A DNA stretch of 64,000 nt from Eukaryota sp. TZLM1-RC. Lineage: Eukaryota; Protista; Metamonada: BaSk clade. The notes under the pieces are model-generated. The model did no database searches. It was not told where the DNA came from and saw nothing but the letters and a program-made list of their open reading frames with translations. Within the stretch, counting starts at the first letter, position 1. Each line of letters opens with the position of its first letter. Positions 38,523-52,674 of this stretch are shown here, one piece after another. The DNA is taken from positions 806,001 to 870,000 of the forward strand of contig JAUPSS010000005.1 of assembly GCA_040285825.1 (NCBI GenBank), written 5' to 3'. A program made the position numbers and the translations under genes.

Positions 38523-41500
38523 TTTTTTTTAAAGAACTGGAATATTTATTGAGATAAAAATAACCATCTAGAATTCAATATCCTCCAAACAAGCGTCACT
38601 ATAACTGAACCTACTCACAGCATTACGTTCATATTCTACACCAATAGCTAAAAGTGCCTTTGAAATCATTGTTGGAATAGACTTGAAAATGCAAAAACAA
38701 TTCTATTTAACCAGAAAGTGGAGTTCATTGTTTTACCAGACCTATTCAGTAACACTTTTTTAAAATTTTCCAAAAAGTGCAAGCCTGAAGGTCCAATATT
38801 GCCAAAAAGAGAAATTGCAAACGGCACAAACTGATATTTCACATGTTCCACTCTACCTAACTGTGCCAAAGGTTCTTCATATTTTTTTATCTTCTTTTTT
38901 TCGGCGTTAGATAACGGCGAGTCAGCGGAATACACTAAACGAGCAGCAGAATTTTTGCAAACATCCACTGAGACAACGTCTACAACATTGAGAACACCAT
39001 CGATCCCTGGAGCTACTAAATCTGCCCTTCTTTTACCAAAGGAATCATCAGTTTGATCTGAAGACAGCTTACGTACTAGTGGCTCAATAAATGCCTCTAT
39101 ATTGAAACTTTTGCACATGGCATATAATTGATCACGAACTGAGTCGTGAACAAGTGAGCGATAAGTTATGAAATACTTACAGTTTAAAATATGGGAAAGC
39201 GTAACAACACTCTTGCAGCGACAAATTAAATCATTTGGCAATGAACAAGGCCATAGAAAACATCTCAATCTCATTGCAGTGGTCCATTGGTGATCATTAA
39301 GTAGAAGGCCGTAAATGTTGGGAATTTGGGAGATTAAGCAACTTGAGCAACTGTCTTCAAGATCAATCAAAAAGTTTGCAAAAACGGGATTTTTTTCCTT
39401 AGCCAAGCTAAGACGTACAATATAATCCAAGTTTTCTAAAACTTTCAAAATTTTTTCTGCAATTTTGCAAAAGTCAATGGTAAGGAGAGCAAGCTTCTTG
39501 AAGGAAGTTCCACAATATCAGAGGGGAAACATTTAGCCCAAATATTGGGTGAAAGAGTTTCAATTTCCTGTTGCAAAGAAATAAGATAGGTGCTGCCACA
39601 ATTTTCAATGAGATGAATTTTTTCAGGAAAACGATTCACAAATTCATAAATAAAATTCTTTCCACCTCCAATAAAAGCAGCTTTACAAAGGTAGCTTGAC
39701 TTATGAAAATCAACACCACCAAAATTTGTACCACAAAAATGTGGCTTCGTAACTGAGATGCATCAATTTCCAATAATTTTGCTAAAAAATTAGTTCTTTG
39801 TTCATTAAAAATGCGACAGAACTCCAAGGAAATTGATGGTGATGTTGATCTCAAAATATGAGTAAATTTTCCAGAATAACAGATTTTGAGGAAAAGAATT
39901 TCAAATGTTTCTCAATATTTAAATTTTCTATTGATTCTAATTCATTTCCAAATTGAGTCAACAGAGTCGAAAGTTGGCTTTTGACTTCATCAATATTTCC
40001 GAGATAACAACCCAAAAAACGAAAACCAGACTGATCATAATTGATAAAGGGAACATTGACATCATTAATGAAAAAATCAATTGGTTCATGGCCAATAATC
40101 AAACATTTGGAGATATTCAATGAGAGACCAATATCTTCGTAACGCTGTTGAATAAAAGTTGCTATTTGTTTCAGAATTGTAATAGGAGCAATTACAGAAA
40201 TGTCATCCATATATGCTACAATATCTATTTCTGGGAACTTTTCTTTCAATTCGCACATTAATGGATGAATTGCCAGACAAAAGAAAAAAGGACCAAGTGG
40301 ATCACCTTGTTTAACACCTGAAGACGAAAGCAGGTCAAAATTTTCATAGACCAATGTGGATGATTTTCCATAAAATGAATAGAAAAAAGACTCAACTTCA
40401 GGAAAATGCTTTTGCAGCAAAGGTAAAATGGAAGAACGAGATACAGAATTGAAAGCATTCTTAAAATCTAAATTGAAGATGTAATTAGAATCACTAGAAT
40501 TAAAAAACACATCCGACGAAAGAGCAGCAGAAGAAGCACCATCAATTGTCTTGATTCCAAATTGAAACGGACTGAAAAATTCCTTGGCTTTTTTTCCAAT
40601 TCTATTGAAAACAAGAGACGCAAGAATTCTTGAAAATGATTCTCCAATTGCAATTGGACGGATTTTGGATTGACTTTTTTTAAGGGCAATTAAGCGAGCA
40701 CTGGTCATCTCAAAAGGGACTTTAATTTTTAACGTAAGAAGATTGTTGAAAAAAAGAACAAGATCGTCGGCAATTTCAGGACACTGTCCAACAGCTGATT
40801 TGATCATGTCAAAATTCAACAAAGATGGCCCAGGAGCTTTTCCAGTAGGCATTTGCTGAATCAGTTTCAATACCTCAGAAGCATTGACAGGATTTTCCAG
40901 CCAATAATCAACTGAATCTGGTTTAGTACAATGAAAATTTTCTTCCGGATGAAGATGATTCAATTGGAACAATGTGCTTTCATTACATTCAGCTAAATCA
41001 GAAGAAAATAAACATTGTTTTGCAGATCCAAAACGTCCTTTTAAAGCTAATTTTCTCACTAATTTTTCTTTCGAAAAAACATTTTTTTTAAAATTTGATT
41101 TTTTCGATAAAAGTTTTTTATCTTTTTTCAGAAAAAATTTCCAAATAGGCGTAACATCCCATAATCCTTTACGGAGATTTTCAGTAAAGGCACGAAGAAC
41201 AACAGCAAAAGGAATCGAAGCCAACGGACTAAGCAGAGCAGGAACACGAATGGGACAACGTAGCTGATCAGCAGCAACACAGGAATCACAAAAAAGTAAA
41301 GGTCGACCGGAATCATTGACAGCAACAAGCTTTCGACAAAAAACACATTTTTTTTCATCCTTTTGATCTTCTTTGATAGGAGTGTTATCGGGAATCTCAC
41401 TTAAAAATTCATTTTTAGAATTGTGTGATAACGAAAAATTTAAATCAGCAGTTGCAGCACGAGCATTCAGTTTTTCCTTTTGAATAAGCGGACAAGTTGC

Positions 41501-41790
41501 AATGTTATGTCCGGATTTTCGACATTTACTACATTTGCGGCGGGGTTTAGAAAAATTTTCATTTAAATTTTTTTCGAATGATTTTCCAGCATGGAGTGAC
41601 AGGTGGGGAGAATGAGAACGATTGGTGGTTGAGGAGGTTGGTTTGTCAAGATCACGTTCGGTACTTTGTGCAGTCCAGTCAGTATCACTGAGAGTGTCTG
41701 ACATTAAGACTGGAGGAATTCAATCGAACCGACAATAGGACGTCAAGTTAAGAAAAAGGAGGACGTTGAAAGTGAGTGAGAAAAAAAAAA
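38523..41790 (-). mobile_element. Full-length family C element; ORF 41704-38568 (~1045 aa) with homopolymer frameshifts
   Basis: T10-ctcactcac leader, MSDTLSDTDW, CSKCRKSGHNIATC, RT with YMDD, RRADL..D..KKY and LEDIEF. TSD (aaa)cctataaat lies at the stop/3' UTR of an A copy. Confidence 0.95.
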
Positions 41791-42292
41791 CCTATAAATC
41801 AACATCTAAAAAATCCATCTCTCCCAAAACAAAAACACTAGATGCAACTCTCTCATAGTGAGATCCAAGAGAAAGCAAAGCATCAGAAACCATCTTCAAC
41901 ATCCCCTTAAAAATAGAAAACACAATTCTATTTTGCCAAAACAATCTGTTGAAATTTCTGCCAGTTCTTCTCTTTACAATCATTTCAAAATCATCCAAAA
42001 AACGTAAAGCAGTTGGTGCAAGTGAACCAAAAAGGGAAAATACAAATGGATACAAATTGTATTTTGCATGCTGTAGACTGGCCAATTTGGACAAAGGTTC
42101 ATTGTATTTTTTGAATTTAAAATTTTCAGCATTTGAAAGGGGATTATGAATTTCAGAATTAACAAGCCTTTCATTTGAGGCATTACAAGGATCAACAGAC
42201 ATTACATCCAATAAAATGAAGCTTCCATCTAATCCAGGTAATATAACATCACCTCTATTGTTCTTATGAAAATCATTTTCAGCATCAAACAC
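41788..42292 (-). mobile_element. Family A 3' fragment, with its tail displaced to 38488-38522 by C
   Basis: ORF 41792-42292. Duplicate of 30862-31939. Confidence 0.9.
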
Positions 42293-42946
42293 ATTTTTTT
42301 ATTATACTTTTAATTTATTTTCAAAACCACAGTCTAAAAGTCAATATCTTCAAAACAAGCTTCCACAGCATCAAACCTTACAGCAGCAATGTTTTCATAA
42401 TGTGCACTGACAGACATTAAAGCTTTCGAAATCATTTTAGGAATTGATTTGAAAATAGTAAAAACAATACGATTTAGCCACAAGTGACGATCAAAACGCT
42501 TATTCATTCTTTTTTTCACAAGATTTTCAAAATCATCAATAAAATTCAAAGCAGTTTTTCCAAGACGACCATACAACGATATAGCAAATGGGCAAATTTG
42601 GTAATCTACATGGCAAACATGCTTCAATTCTTTTAAAGGATTTGCATACTTTTTCCGTTTGTACAATTCGGAGTCATCAAGGGGGGATACTTCGGATTGA
42701 GCATTTTTCAAGGCATTTTTCTTGCATACATCCACTGTTACGACATCAACAACATTCATCACATCATCAAACGGGGGCACAACAACATCAGCACGTCGTT
42801 TTCCATATTCTGAATCTCTTACGCTTTCATTTATATCAAGAGACCTCAACAAAGGTTCTACAAAAGATTCAATATGATAGGAATAACACATTGCATGGAT
42901 TTGATCTCTGACTGCATCATGCAACGTAGAACGATAGGAAATGTAT

Positions 42947-45900
42947 TTAATTTATTGAATTTGCACACTTGATTAAATTAAATCATAACTAATGGGACGA
43001 CTATCATTAAACCAAGATTTCCTCTACAAAATCTTGAATTGCTTGCTGTCTAGCTAAAGCTTCTCTAATTCGATTGAAAAACCGCGGTAATCTATTAATA
43101 ATGGCAAATTGAATCCGTGAACCCCATAAAAAAATATCAAATCTTTTCATTGTTTTTTCTTTCACCATTTTTTGGAAGTCATCCAAAAAAGTTTCTGCTT
43201 CAACTGATAATCTTCCATTTATCGAAAATGGAAAAGCAATAAAAACCAGCTGTGTATTTCTATCGATATTTGCATCTTCAATTTCTTTTCTTTATCATAT
43301 TTTCTATGTTTTTCTTTTGCTTAAAAATCCAGAGCAGCCACAGGATTAAGTTTTCTTCTGTAAACCAAAGTATCGTTTGCAACATTACATGAGACAAAGT
43401 CAACAATAGCTTCAGAATTATCAATCCAATCACAGTATACATCACCTCTATCATCAGAACCAAAATTATTCAGAGAAAGTGTTTCTTTCAGCAGGGGCTC
43501 TTTGATACACGATATCCTTGCAGTTTGTGCCATATTGAAAACAGTGTCTCTAACAGCATCATGTAATGAAGAACGATAAGTTATCAATTTAGAGCAATTT
43601 AGAGCATGGCGCAAAGTGAGTTGAGGTGAATTCGAACAAATACATTTTTCTTTTGATAATAATTGGTTAATGGGGATGTTCAAATATAATCTCATTTTTG
43701 TTACAAGTGCTTCATTAGTAGCACACAATCCAAATCTTCGTGGTACAATGGTTACAAAAAGTGAAGAATCTGACACCTTGTTTTCACAAACACCCTTTTC
43801 CAATAACAATGAGTGAAGATCTTGATTTAAAACAGCCGAGCTGCAAATATTATTATAAAGATCTTTTCATACATTCCAGTCAATCTTTTCTGTAATGTTC
43901 GAAGAGTGTACTTCAAATTTAAAACATTTTTTTCTGGAATATTGCCATTGAATGATTGGGGAAAACATCGACCCCATTTTTCTACATCAATTCTTGAAAT
44001 TTCTTCATTTAATGCAAAAACAGTGGAACTTTGCGTTGTCATCAATAAATCTTCCCAATCTGCAAATCTTTCGGAGAACTCAAAGATTGCATTTCTGCAT
44101 CCACCAACAAAAGCACACGAGGTAAGAATAGAAGCCTTCGTCCACCCTAAACCACCATATTGTGGACTAAGGTAAGCATGATCTGGAATTTGAAACATTT
44201 TACATCCCAGTAATTGAGAAAAAAAAAAGTAATTGAGACAGAACTTTTGCACGTAACTCATTAAACTTTTGAGCCAAAGGTCTAGTGACGAGAGGATTTG
44301 TAGATCGAAATATATGATTAAAATTGGAACTAAAACACAGTCTTATAATGGTAAATTTGATGTGTTTTTTTATATCTAAATTCATCATTCGGTCAATTTT
44401 GTCAGAAATTGAGTTCAACTTTTCAAACAATTTTTTGGTAATTTCATCATTATTTCCTAAAAACGAACCCAAATGACGAATAGCATCAATTGAATATAAT
44501 TTGGCTTGAATTTCAATATCATCAATTATTGTGGAAACTGGAGAATTCGATAACAAAACACATTTAAGTAAATTAAGTCGGAGACCAATTTTGGTAAATA
44601 ATTCTTTAAAACATACAGTTGCTTTTTTCACAATATTTAATTCACCAATCAGCACAACATCATCCATATATGCAATCATTTTTAGTGAAGGAAACATCTC
44701 TTGAATTTGCAGTAGAATAAGATGAATGGCCAAACAAAACAAAAGAGGTCCTAACGGATCTCCTTGCTTTACGCCACTTGATGAAATCAAAATGTTGTTA
44801 CCAAAATGTAAATTAGAATATGTGCAATATGTTGATTGAAAATATGGTATTAATTCTGGCATATATTGCAATAGAGCACCATGGATACTGCGACGACTTA
44901 GCGAATTGAAAGCATTACTAAAATCCAATGACATGCAAACATTGGATTCATTTTGACGAAATAAGACATCAGTAGCAAAAATCGCTGAAGAGACTCCATC
45001 TGTAGTATTTATACCATATTGAAAGGGTAATAAAATCTTTTTAGCTTTTTCATTGAACCTGCTTAAGCAACACGCAGAAAAAATATTATGTAAGCTCTCA
45101 GAGACTGCAATAGGACGAACATCCATTCTTGAATTTTTGACAAGTGCAGTCAAACGAGAACTTCTTAATTCTTCTGGGTACTTGCGTTGACCAGATAATA
45201 TTTGGTTGAAAAATTTGGTCAATAAACCAAGGCAATCTTCTGAAGAAATAATCGCGGCTTTTACATGATCAATAGTAATACCAGAAAGTCCGGCAGACTT
45301 ACCACGAGGTCTCTTTTTGATAACCGAAAAAACTTCTGATGGCATCAATGGATAATTTTCCCAGTATGTGCCGTAAAAATTTTGATCCATAACAGGGTCT
45401 TCATAAGGATGAAGTATTTTCAGTTTATCTACTGTATCTTCATTGTTCGGTGCTTTGACTCCGGGACTTAAAGCTGACAAAGCCTTGGACCATTTGTTGT
45501 CAAAGCATTTGTCTTCAAAAATTTTACTTAATTTCTCGGATGACTGATTTCTCGGTGCTATATTGGTTAAATCTTCGGAATTACTAACGAAATTTTGTTC
45601 AAAAGGAGGACAAAAAGAACCAAAAAATTCCCAAATAATATTGATAGCATACTTTCCTTTACATAATTGATCCAAAAATCTTTGAAAAACGAAAGCAAAT
45701 TCATTGCATTTGGTCGGATGAATTTCTTGAGGTATTCTTATGGGAGGATGGTAGTTATCAACTATGCGGCATTTCAAGCAGCAATCAGAAGTTTTTCCTT
45801 TTGCATTTTTTCTAAAAGAAATACCACAAGTGTTGCAAGTTTTGTGCTTCAATCGATTGCTAACTGGTTTTGCAACAACTTGTGGAGCATTATTTATGGG

Positions 45901-46301
45901 TTCTACCTTAGACTCTTTCCTTCTAATAAATTTTCTTTTACATTTTGTTTCAGAATTTGCCGCATCATTTTTTCCAACATTGGGGCATGTTCGAGCATTA
46001 TGTCCCTGTTGTCGACACTTTGAGCATCTGTAGGAGCGTGGCTTTGTTTTTGAACAAACTTTTTTTTCATCGTGATTATCTAAAAATTCTTGATCAGAAT
46101 TTTTTTTGTCCAAAAATGAAGAGAGAAGAGGTTGAGGACGAGAGGTGGAAAGGACGTCTTGAGCATCTTGTTGACTATCGTTCTTTCTTTTGACTCCATT
46201 AGAATCAGAAACTGATTCAGACATCAACAAGAAAGAATAGAAGCAATGATCTCGGTTCAGCCAGGTTTTAAGTTAAACGGTTATATGTAGAGGAAGAAAA
46301 A
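42947..46301 (-). mobile_element. Full-length family D element; ORF ~46224-43007
   Basis: T-run-cttcctctac leader, MSESVSDS, CSKCRQQGHNARTC, RT and RLE, ending FVEEILV. TSD aaatgtat. Disrupted by an A-only insertion. Confidence 0.95.
44220..44227 (+). mobile_element. Solo oligo(A) insertion
   Basis: TSD agtaattgaga at 44209-44219 and 44228-44238. Absent from the D copies at ~14880 and ~47470. Confidence 0.85.
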
Positions 46302-46662
46302 AAATGTATCTATTACAATTAAATAAATGTGATAATGTCAAACCAGCTCCACATTTACAAAACAAATCATTGGGCAAATTACAAGGCCATAAATAACAAC
46401 GCATTCTCATAGCAGTGGTCCATTGGTCGTCATTCAAAAATAGACCATAAATCTGGGGAATTTGATTTATCAAAACTGCAGATGAACTGTCCTTCAAATC
46501 AATCAAAAAATTTGCAAAAACAGGATTTTCTTTCTTAGCCGTGCTAAGTCGAACAATAAAATCCTTGTTTTCAAAATTTTTCAAAAGATGTCGTTGGAGC
46601 TTTTTCAACGCAAATTTTAATGAATATAAACTTCTGTCTGGAATTTCTTGAATGGATATGAT

Positions 46663-47443
46663 TTTTTTCCTGAACTCGAAACCTTTTTTTATAGGTTTTA
46701 TGGTAATTCATCTGATTTAATTTTTAATTCTTTTAATCTGGATTCTTTATTAGGAGTTAAACAAGGAGACCCTTTAGGTCCTTTCTTTTTTGTCTTGCAA
46801 TTCACCCAATTTTGAAAAAATTAAAAGAAGAAAATTCTGACCTTCAAGTGGTAGCTTACATGGATGACATTTCTTGTATTGGTCCAGAAAGTACAATTAA
46901 TAGGGTAGCTAATGAAGCTGCTACATTATACCAATCCATAGGTCTTGATTTGAATGTTCAAAAATGTTTTTGTATTTCTAGAAAAAATGTTAAGTTAATA
47001 ATTAATTCCCTCGAAGTTCCATATATTGATTATACTTCAACTAGTTTCTGCTTTCTGGGTTGCTATTTAGGTTCCGCCGAAAAGACACTTGACAGCCTTG
47101 AAAATTATTTAAATTCAATTAAAAAAGAGCTAGAAGTCATAAAAACTCTTGAATTGGAAAAACATCTTAAGTTTTTTCTTTTGAAAATTTGTTATGCTGG
47201 AAAAATTACTCATTTACTGCGATCATTACCTCCATCCCTAACTTACAATTTTTGTAGACAATTTAACAAAATACGTACCCAATTTTTGGCTTATTTAATG
47301 TCTGTTGATCCATCAATTTTGAAAAATCATATTTTTTCGGATGTTCAACTTGGTGGTGTTGGATTCAATTCATCAAAATATTTGACCAAAGCTGCATTTA
47401 TTGGTGGTGGAAAAAATTTTGTATTTGAATTCTCTAGAAGATA
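46663..47443 (+). mobile_element. Family B RT fragment
   Basis: ORF 46812-47444. Same left junction as 32954. Confidence 0.9.
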
Positions 47444-49642
47444 ATGAGTTACGTGCAAAAGTTCTGTCTCAATTACTGGGATGTAAAATGTTTCAAATTC
47501 CAGATCATGCTTACCTTAGTCCACAATATGGTGGTTTAGGGTGGACGAAGGCTTCTATTCTTACCTCGTGTGCTTTTGTTGGTGGATGCAGAAATGCAAT
47601 CTTTGAGTTCTCCGAAAGATTTGCAGATTGGGAAGATTTATTGATGACAACGCAAAGTTCCACTGTTTTTGCATTAAATGAAGAAATTTCAAGAATTTTT
47701 TTTTTAAAAAATTAATTTTATTCTAAACCTATAAATCAACATCTAAAAAATCCATCTCTCCCAAAACAAAAACACTAGATGCAACTCTCTCATAGTGAGA
47801 TCCAAGAGAAAGCAAAGCATCAGAAACCATCTTCAACATCCCCTTAAAAATAGAAAACACAATTCTATTTTGCCAAAACAATCTGTTGAAATTTCTGCCA
47901 GTTCTTCTCTTTACAATCATTTCAAAATCATCCAAAAAACGTAAAGCAGTTGGTGCAAGTGAACCAAAAAGGGAAAATACAAATGGATACAAATTGTATT
48001 TTGCATGCTGTAGACTGGCCAATTTGGACAAAGGTTCATTGTATTTTTGAATTTAAAATTTTCAGCATTTGAAAGGGGATTATGAATTTCAGAATTAACA
48101 AGCCTTTCATTTGAGGCATTACAAGGATCAACAGACATTACATCCAATAAAATAAAGCTTCCATCTAATCCAGGTAATATGACATCACCTCTATTATTCT
48201 TATGAAAATCATTTTCAGCATCAAACAGATTTGACAACAGAGGTTCCAAGAAGGATTCAATTCTATGAGATTTACACATACAATATAACTGGTCTCTTAC
48301 AGCATCATGAACCTTGCTTCTAAAAGTAATAAAATGTTTACAATTTAACAAATGAGTAGTTGTAATTTCTCGAGAACATTTACAAATTAAATTATGAGGT
48401 AAATTATCAGGCCAGATAAAGGAACGAAATCTCATATTCAGAGTCCAAGCAGAATCGGATAAGAGAGTACCATAAACTTGTGGAATTGTTGTTACTAAGG
48501 CAGAAGAAGTACTGTCACACATATCTTGTAAAAGATTTGCAAAAGCGGGATTCTTTTTCTTGGCCAAGCCAAGTCTAACATCAAAATCAAATTTCAAGAA
48601 TTGATGTAGAAAAATGGGGTCGATGTTTTCCCCAATCATTCAATGGCAATATTCCAGAAAAAAATGTTTTAAATTTGAAGTACACTCTTCGAACATTACA
48701 GAAAAGATTGACTGAAATGTATGAAAAAGATCTTTATAATAATATTTGCAGCTCGGCTGTTTTAAATCAAGATCTTCACTCATTGTTATTGGAAAAGGGT
48801 GTTTGTGAAAACAAGGTGTCAGATTCTTCACTTTTTGTAACCATTGTACCACGAAGATTTGGATTGTGTGCTACTGATGAAGCATTTGTAACAAAAATGA
48901 GATTATATTTGAACATCCCCATTAACCAATTATTATCAAAAGAAAAATGTATTTGTTCGAATTCACCTCAACTCACTTTGCGCCATGCTCTAAATTGCTC
49001 TAAATTGATAACTTATCGTTCTTCATTACATGATGCTGTTAGAGACACTGTTTTCAATATGGCACAAACTGCAAGGATATCGTGTATCAAAGAGCCCCTG
49101 CTGAAAGAAACACTTTCTCTGAATAATTTTGGTTCTGATGATAGAGGTGATGTATACTGTGATTGGATTGATAATTCTGAAGCTATTGTTGACTTTGTCT
49201 CATGTAATGTTGCAAACGATACTTTGGTTCACAGAAGAAAACTTAATCCTGTGGCTGCTCTGGATTTTAAAGCAAAAGAAAAACATAGAAAATATGATAA
49301 AGAAATTGAAGATGCAAATATCGATAGAAATACACAGCTGGTTTTTATTGCTTTTCCATTTTCGATAAATGGAAGATTATCAGTTGAAGCAGAAACTTTT
49401 TTGGATGACTTCCAAAAAATGGTGAAAGAAAAAACAATGAAAAGATTTGATATTTTTTTATGGCGTTCACGGATTCAATTTGCCATTATTAATAGATTAC
49501 CGCGTTTTTTCAATCGAATTAGAGAAGCTTTAGCTAGACAGCAAGCAAATCAAGATTTTGTAGAGGAAATCTTGGTTTAATGATAGTCGTCCCATTAGTT
49601 ATGATTTAATTTAATCAAGTGTGCAAATTCAATAAATTAAAA
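47443..49642 (+). mobile_element. Family D, 5'-truncated, split by A
   Basis: ORF 48675-49580 has an intact RLE ending QDFVEEILV. Confidence 0.95.
47698..48588 (-). mobile_element. Family A, 5'-truncated, inserted in D
   Basis: TSD aaatttcaagaatt at 47684-47697 and 48589-48602. Confidence 0.95.
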
Positions 49643-52600
49643 AGAAATTACAACTACTCATTTGTTAAATTGTAAACATTTTATTATTTTTAGAAGCAAG
49701 GTTCATGATGCTGTAAGTGACCAGTTATATTGTATGTGTAAATCTCATAGAATTGAATCCTTCTTGGAACCTTTGTTGTCAAATCTGTTTGATGCTGAAA
49801 ATGATTTTCATAAAAATTTTTTTGAAAAATTTTAATTTATTATTAAACTACAGTCTAAAAGTCAATATCTTCAAAACAAGCTTCCACACCATCAAACCTC
49901 ACAACAGCAATTTCTTCGTAATGTGCACTGACAGACATCAAAGCTTTCGAAATCATTTTAGGAATTGATTTGAAAATAGTAAAAACAATACGATTTAGCC
50001 ACAAGCGACGATCAAAACGCTTATTCATTCTTCTTTCCACATGATTTTCAAAATCATCAATAAAATTCATAGCAGTTTTTCCAAGACGACCATACAACGA
50101 TATAGCAAATGGGCAAATTTGGTAATCTACATGGCGAACATGTTTCAATTCTTTTAAAGGATTTGCATACTTTTTCCGTTTGTACAATTCGGAGTCATCA
50201 AGGGGGGATACTTCGGATTGAGCATTTTTCAAGGCATTTTTCTTGCAAACATCCACTGTTACGACATCAACAACATTCATGACATCATCAAACGAGGGCA
50301 CAACAACATCAGCACGTCGTTTTCCATATTCTGATCTCTTACGCTTTCATTTATATCAAGAGACCTCAACAAAGGTTCTACAAAAGATTCAATATGATAG
50401 GAATTACACATTGCATGGATTTGATCTCTGACTGCATCATGCAACGTAGAACGATAGGAAATAAATCTATTACAATTCAATAAATGTGATAATGTCAAAC
50501 CAGCTCCACATTTGCAAAACAAATCATTGGGCAAATTACAAGGCCATAAATAACAACGCATTCTCATAGCAGTGGTCCATTGGTCGTCATTCAAAAATAG
50601 TCCATAAATCTGGGGAATTTGATTTATCAAAAAAAAAATGGATTTGAACTGTCCATCAAATCAATCAAAAAATTTGCAAAAACAGGATTTTCTTTCTTAG
50701 CCGTGCTAAGTCGAACAATAAAATCCTTGGTTTCTAATTTTTTCAAAAGATGTCGTTGGAGCTTTTTCAACGCAAATTTTAGAGAATACAAACTTCTGTC
50801 TGGAATGTCTTGAATAGATATGGGGAAACATGATTGCCATAAGTCTGGAGATAAACTGGAAATTTCTTCTCTTAAGTTATCGAGGAATAGGCTATTTGTA
50901 GTTTCAAGAAGATTTTCGGCAAAAGGATATCTTCTGGAGAATTCAAATACAAAATTTTTTCCACCACAAATAAATGCAGCTTTGGTCAAATATTTTGATG
51001 AATTGAATCCAACACCGCCAAGTTGAACATCAGAAAAAATATGATTTTTCAAAATTGATGGATCAACAGACATTAAATAAGCCAAAAATTGGGTACGTAT
51101 TTTGTTAAATTTTTTTTTTATTTAATTTTAATTTTATTCAAAACCTATAAATCAACATCTAAAAAATCCATCTCTCCCAAAACAAAAACACTAGATGCAA
51201 CTCTCTCATAGTGAGATCCAAGAGAAAGCAAAGCATCAGAAACCATCTTCAACATCCCCTTAAAAATAGAAAACACTATTCTATTTTGCCAAAACAATCT
51301 GTTGAAATTTCTGCCAGTTCTTCTCTTTACAATCATTTCAAAATCATCCAAAAAACGTAAAGCAGTTGGTGCAAGTGAACCAAAAAGGGAAAATACAAAT
51401 GGATACAAATTGTATTTTGCATGCTGTAGACTGGCCAATTTAGACAAAGGTTCACTGTATTTTTTGAATTTAAAATTTTCAGCATTTGAAAGGGGATTAT
51501 GAATTTCAGAATTAACAAGCCTTTCATTTGAGGCATTACAAGGATCAACAGACATTACATCCAATAAAATGAAGCTTCCATCTAATCCAGGTAATATGAC
51601 ATCACCTCTATTATTCTTATGAAAATCATTTTCAGCATCAAACAGATTTGACAACAGAGGTTCCAAGAAGGATTCAATTCTATGAGATTTACACATACAA
51701 TATAACTGGTCTCTCACAGCATCATGAACCTTGCTTCTAAAAGTAATAAAATGTTTACAATTTAACAAATGAGTAGTTGTAATTTCTCGAGAACATTTAC
51801 AAATTAAATTATGAGGTAAATTATCAGGCCAGATAAAGGAACGAAATCTCATATTCAGAGTCCAAGCAGAATCGGATAAGAGAGTACCATAAACTTGTGG
51901 AATTGTTGTTACTAAGGCAGAGGAAGTACTGTCACACATATCTTGTAAAAGATTTGCAAAAGCGGGATTCTTTTTCTTGGCCAAGCCAAGCCTAACATCA
52001 AAATCCAAGCTTTCAAAAATCTTTGACAATTTTTGTTGGAGCTTTTTACAGCAAAACTGTAAATTAAATAGAGATCGGTTTGGAATTTCTTGAATTGATT
52101 GAGGAAAACATTTGGTCCAAATTTGTGGCGGTAATTTTTCAAGTTCACAAGATAACTCAAACAAATAGGGACTACAATTGGGGACTAACAGATGAGAATC
52201 ATCAGGAAATCTACGAGAAAATTCATAAATAAAATTTTTGCCACCACCCAAGAATGCTGATTGACACAAAATTGAAGATTTAGTAAATCCAATACCCCCA
52301 AATTTGCTGAAGAAAATAAATGGCTTTTCAACATTCCTGGTTCTACATCCAATAAATCAGCAAAAATTCTGTTCTCAATGAATTAAAAGAACGACAAAAA
52401 TCTAATGCTATGGAAGGAGCACAAGATCTCAAAATGTGGGTTATTCTCCCAGTGTAGCAAATTTTAAGCATAAAAAATTTAATATGCTTTTCTATATCTA
52501 AAGAAGAAATTGAATCAAGTTCAATTTTCATTTTTTCCAAAATAACTTGCAATTCATTCTGAATTTGAGGCACATTTCCTAACCAACAACCAAGGAACTT

Positions 52601-52674
52601 AAAAGCATCACTACTATAATTAGTAAAAGGGACAATAGAATTGTTTATCACGAGGTCTTGAGCAGAAGAGCCAA

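Larger units (their letters stand above)
42293..46662 (-). mobile_element. Family B 3' portion split by D
   Basis: Pieces at 42293-42946 and 46302-46662. Confidence 0.9.
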
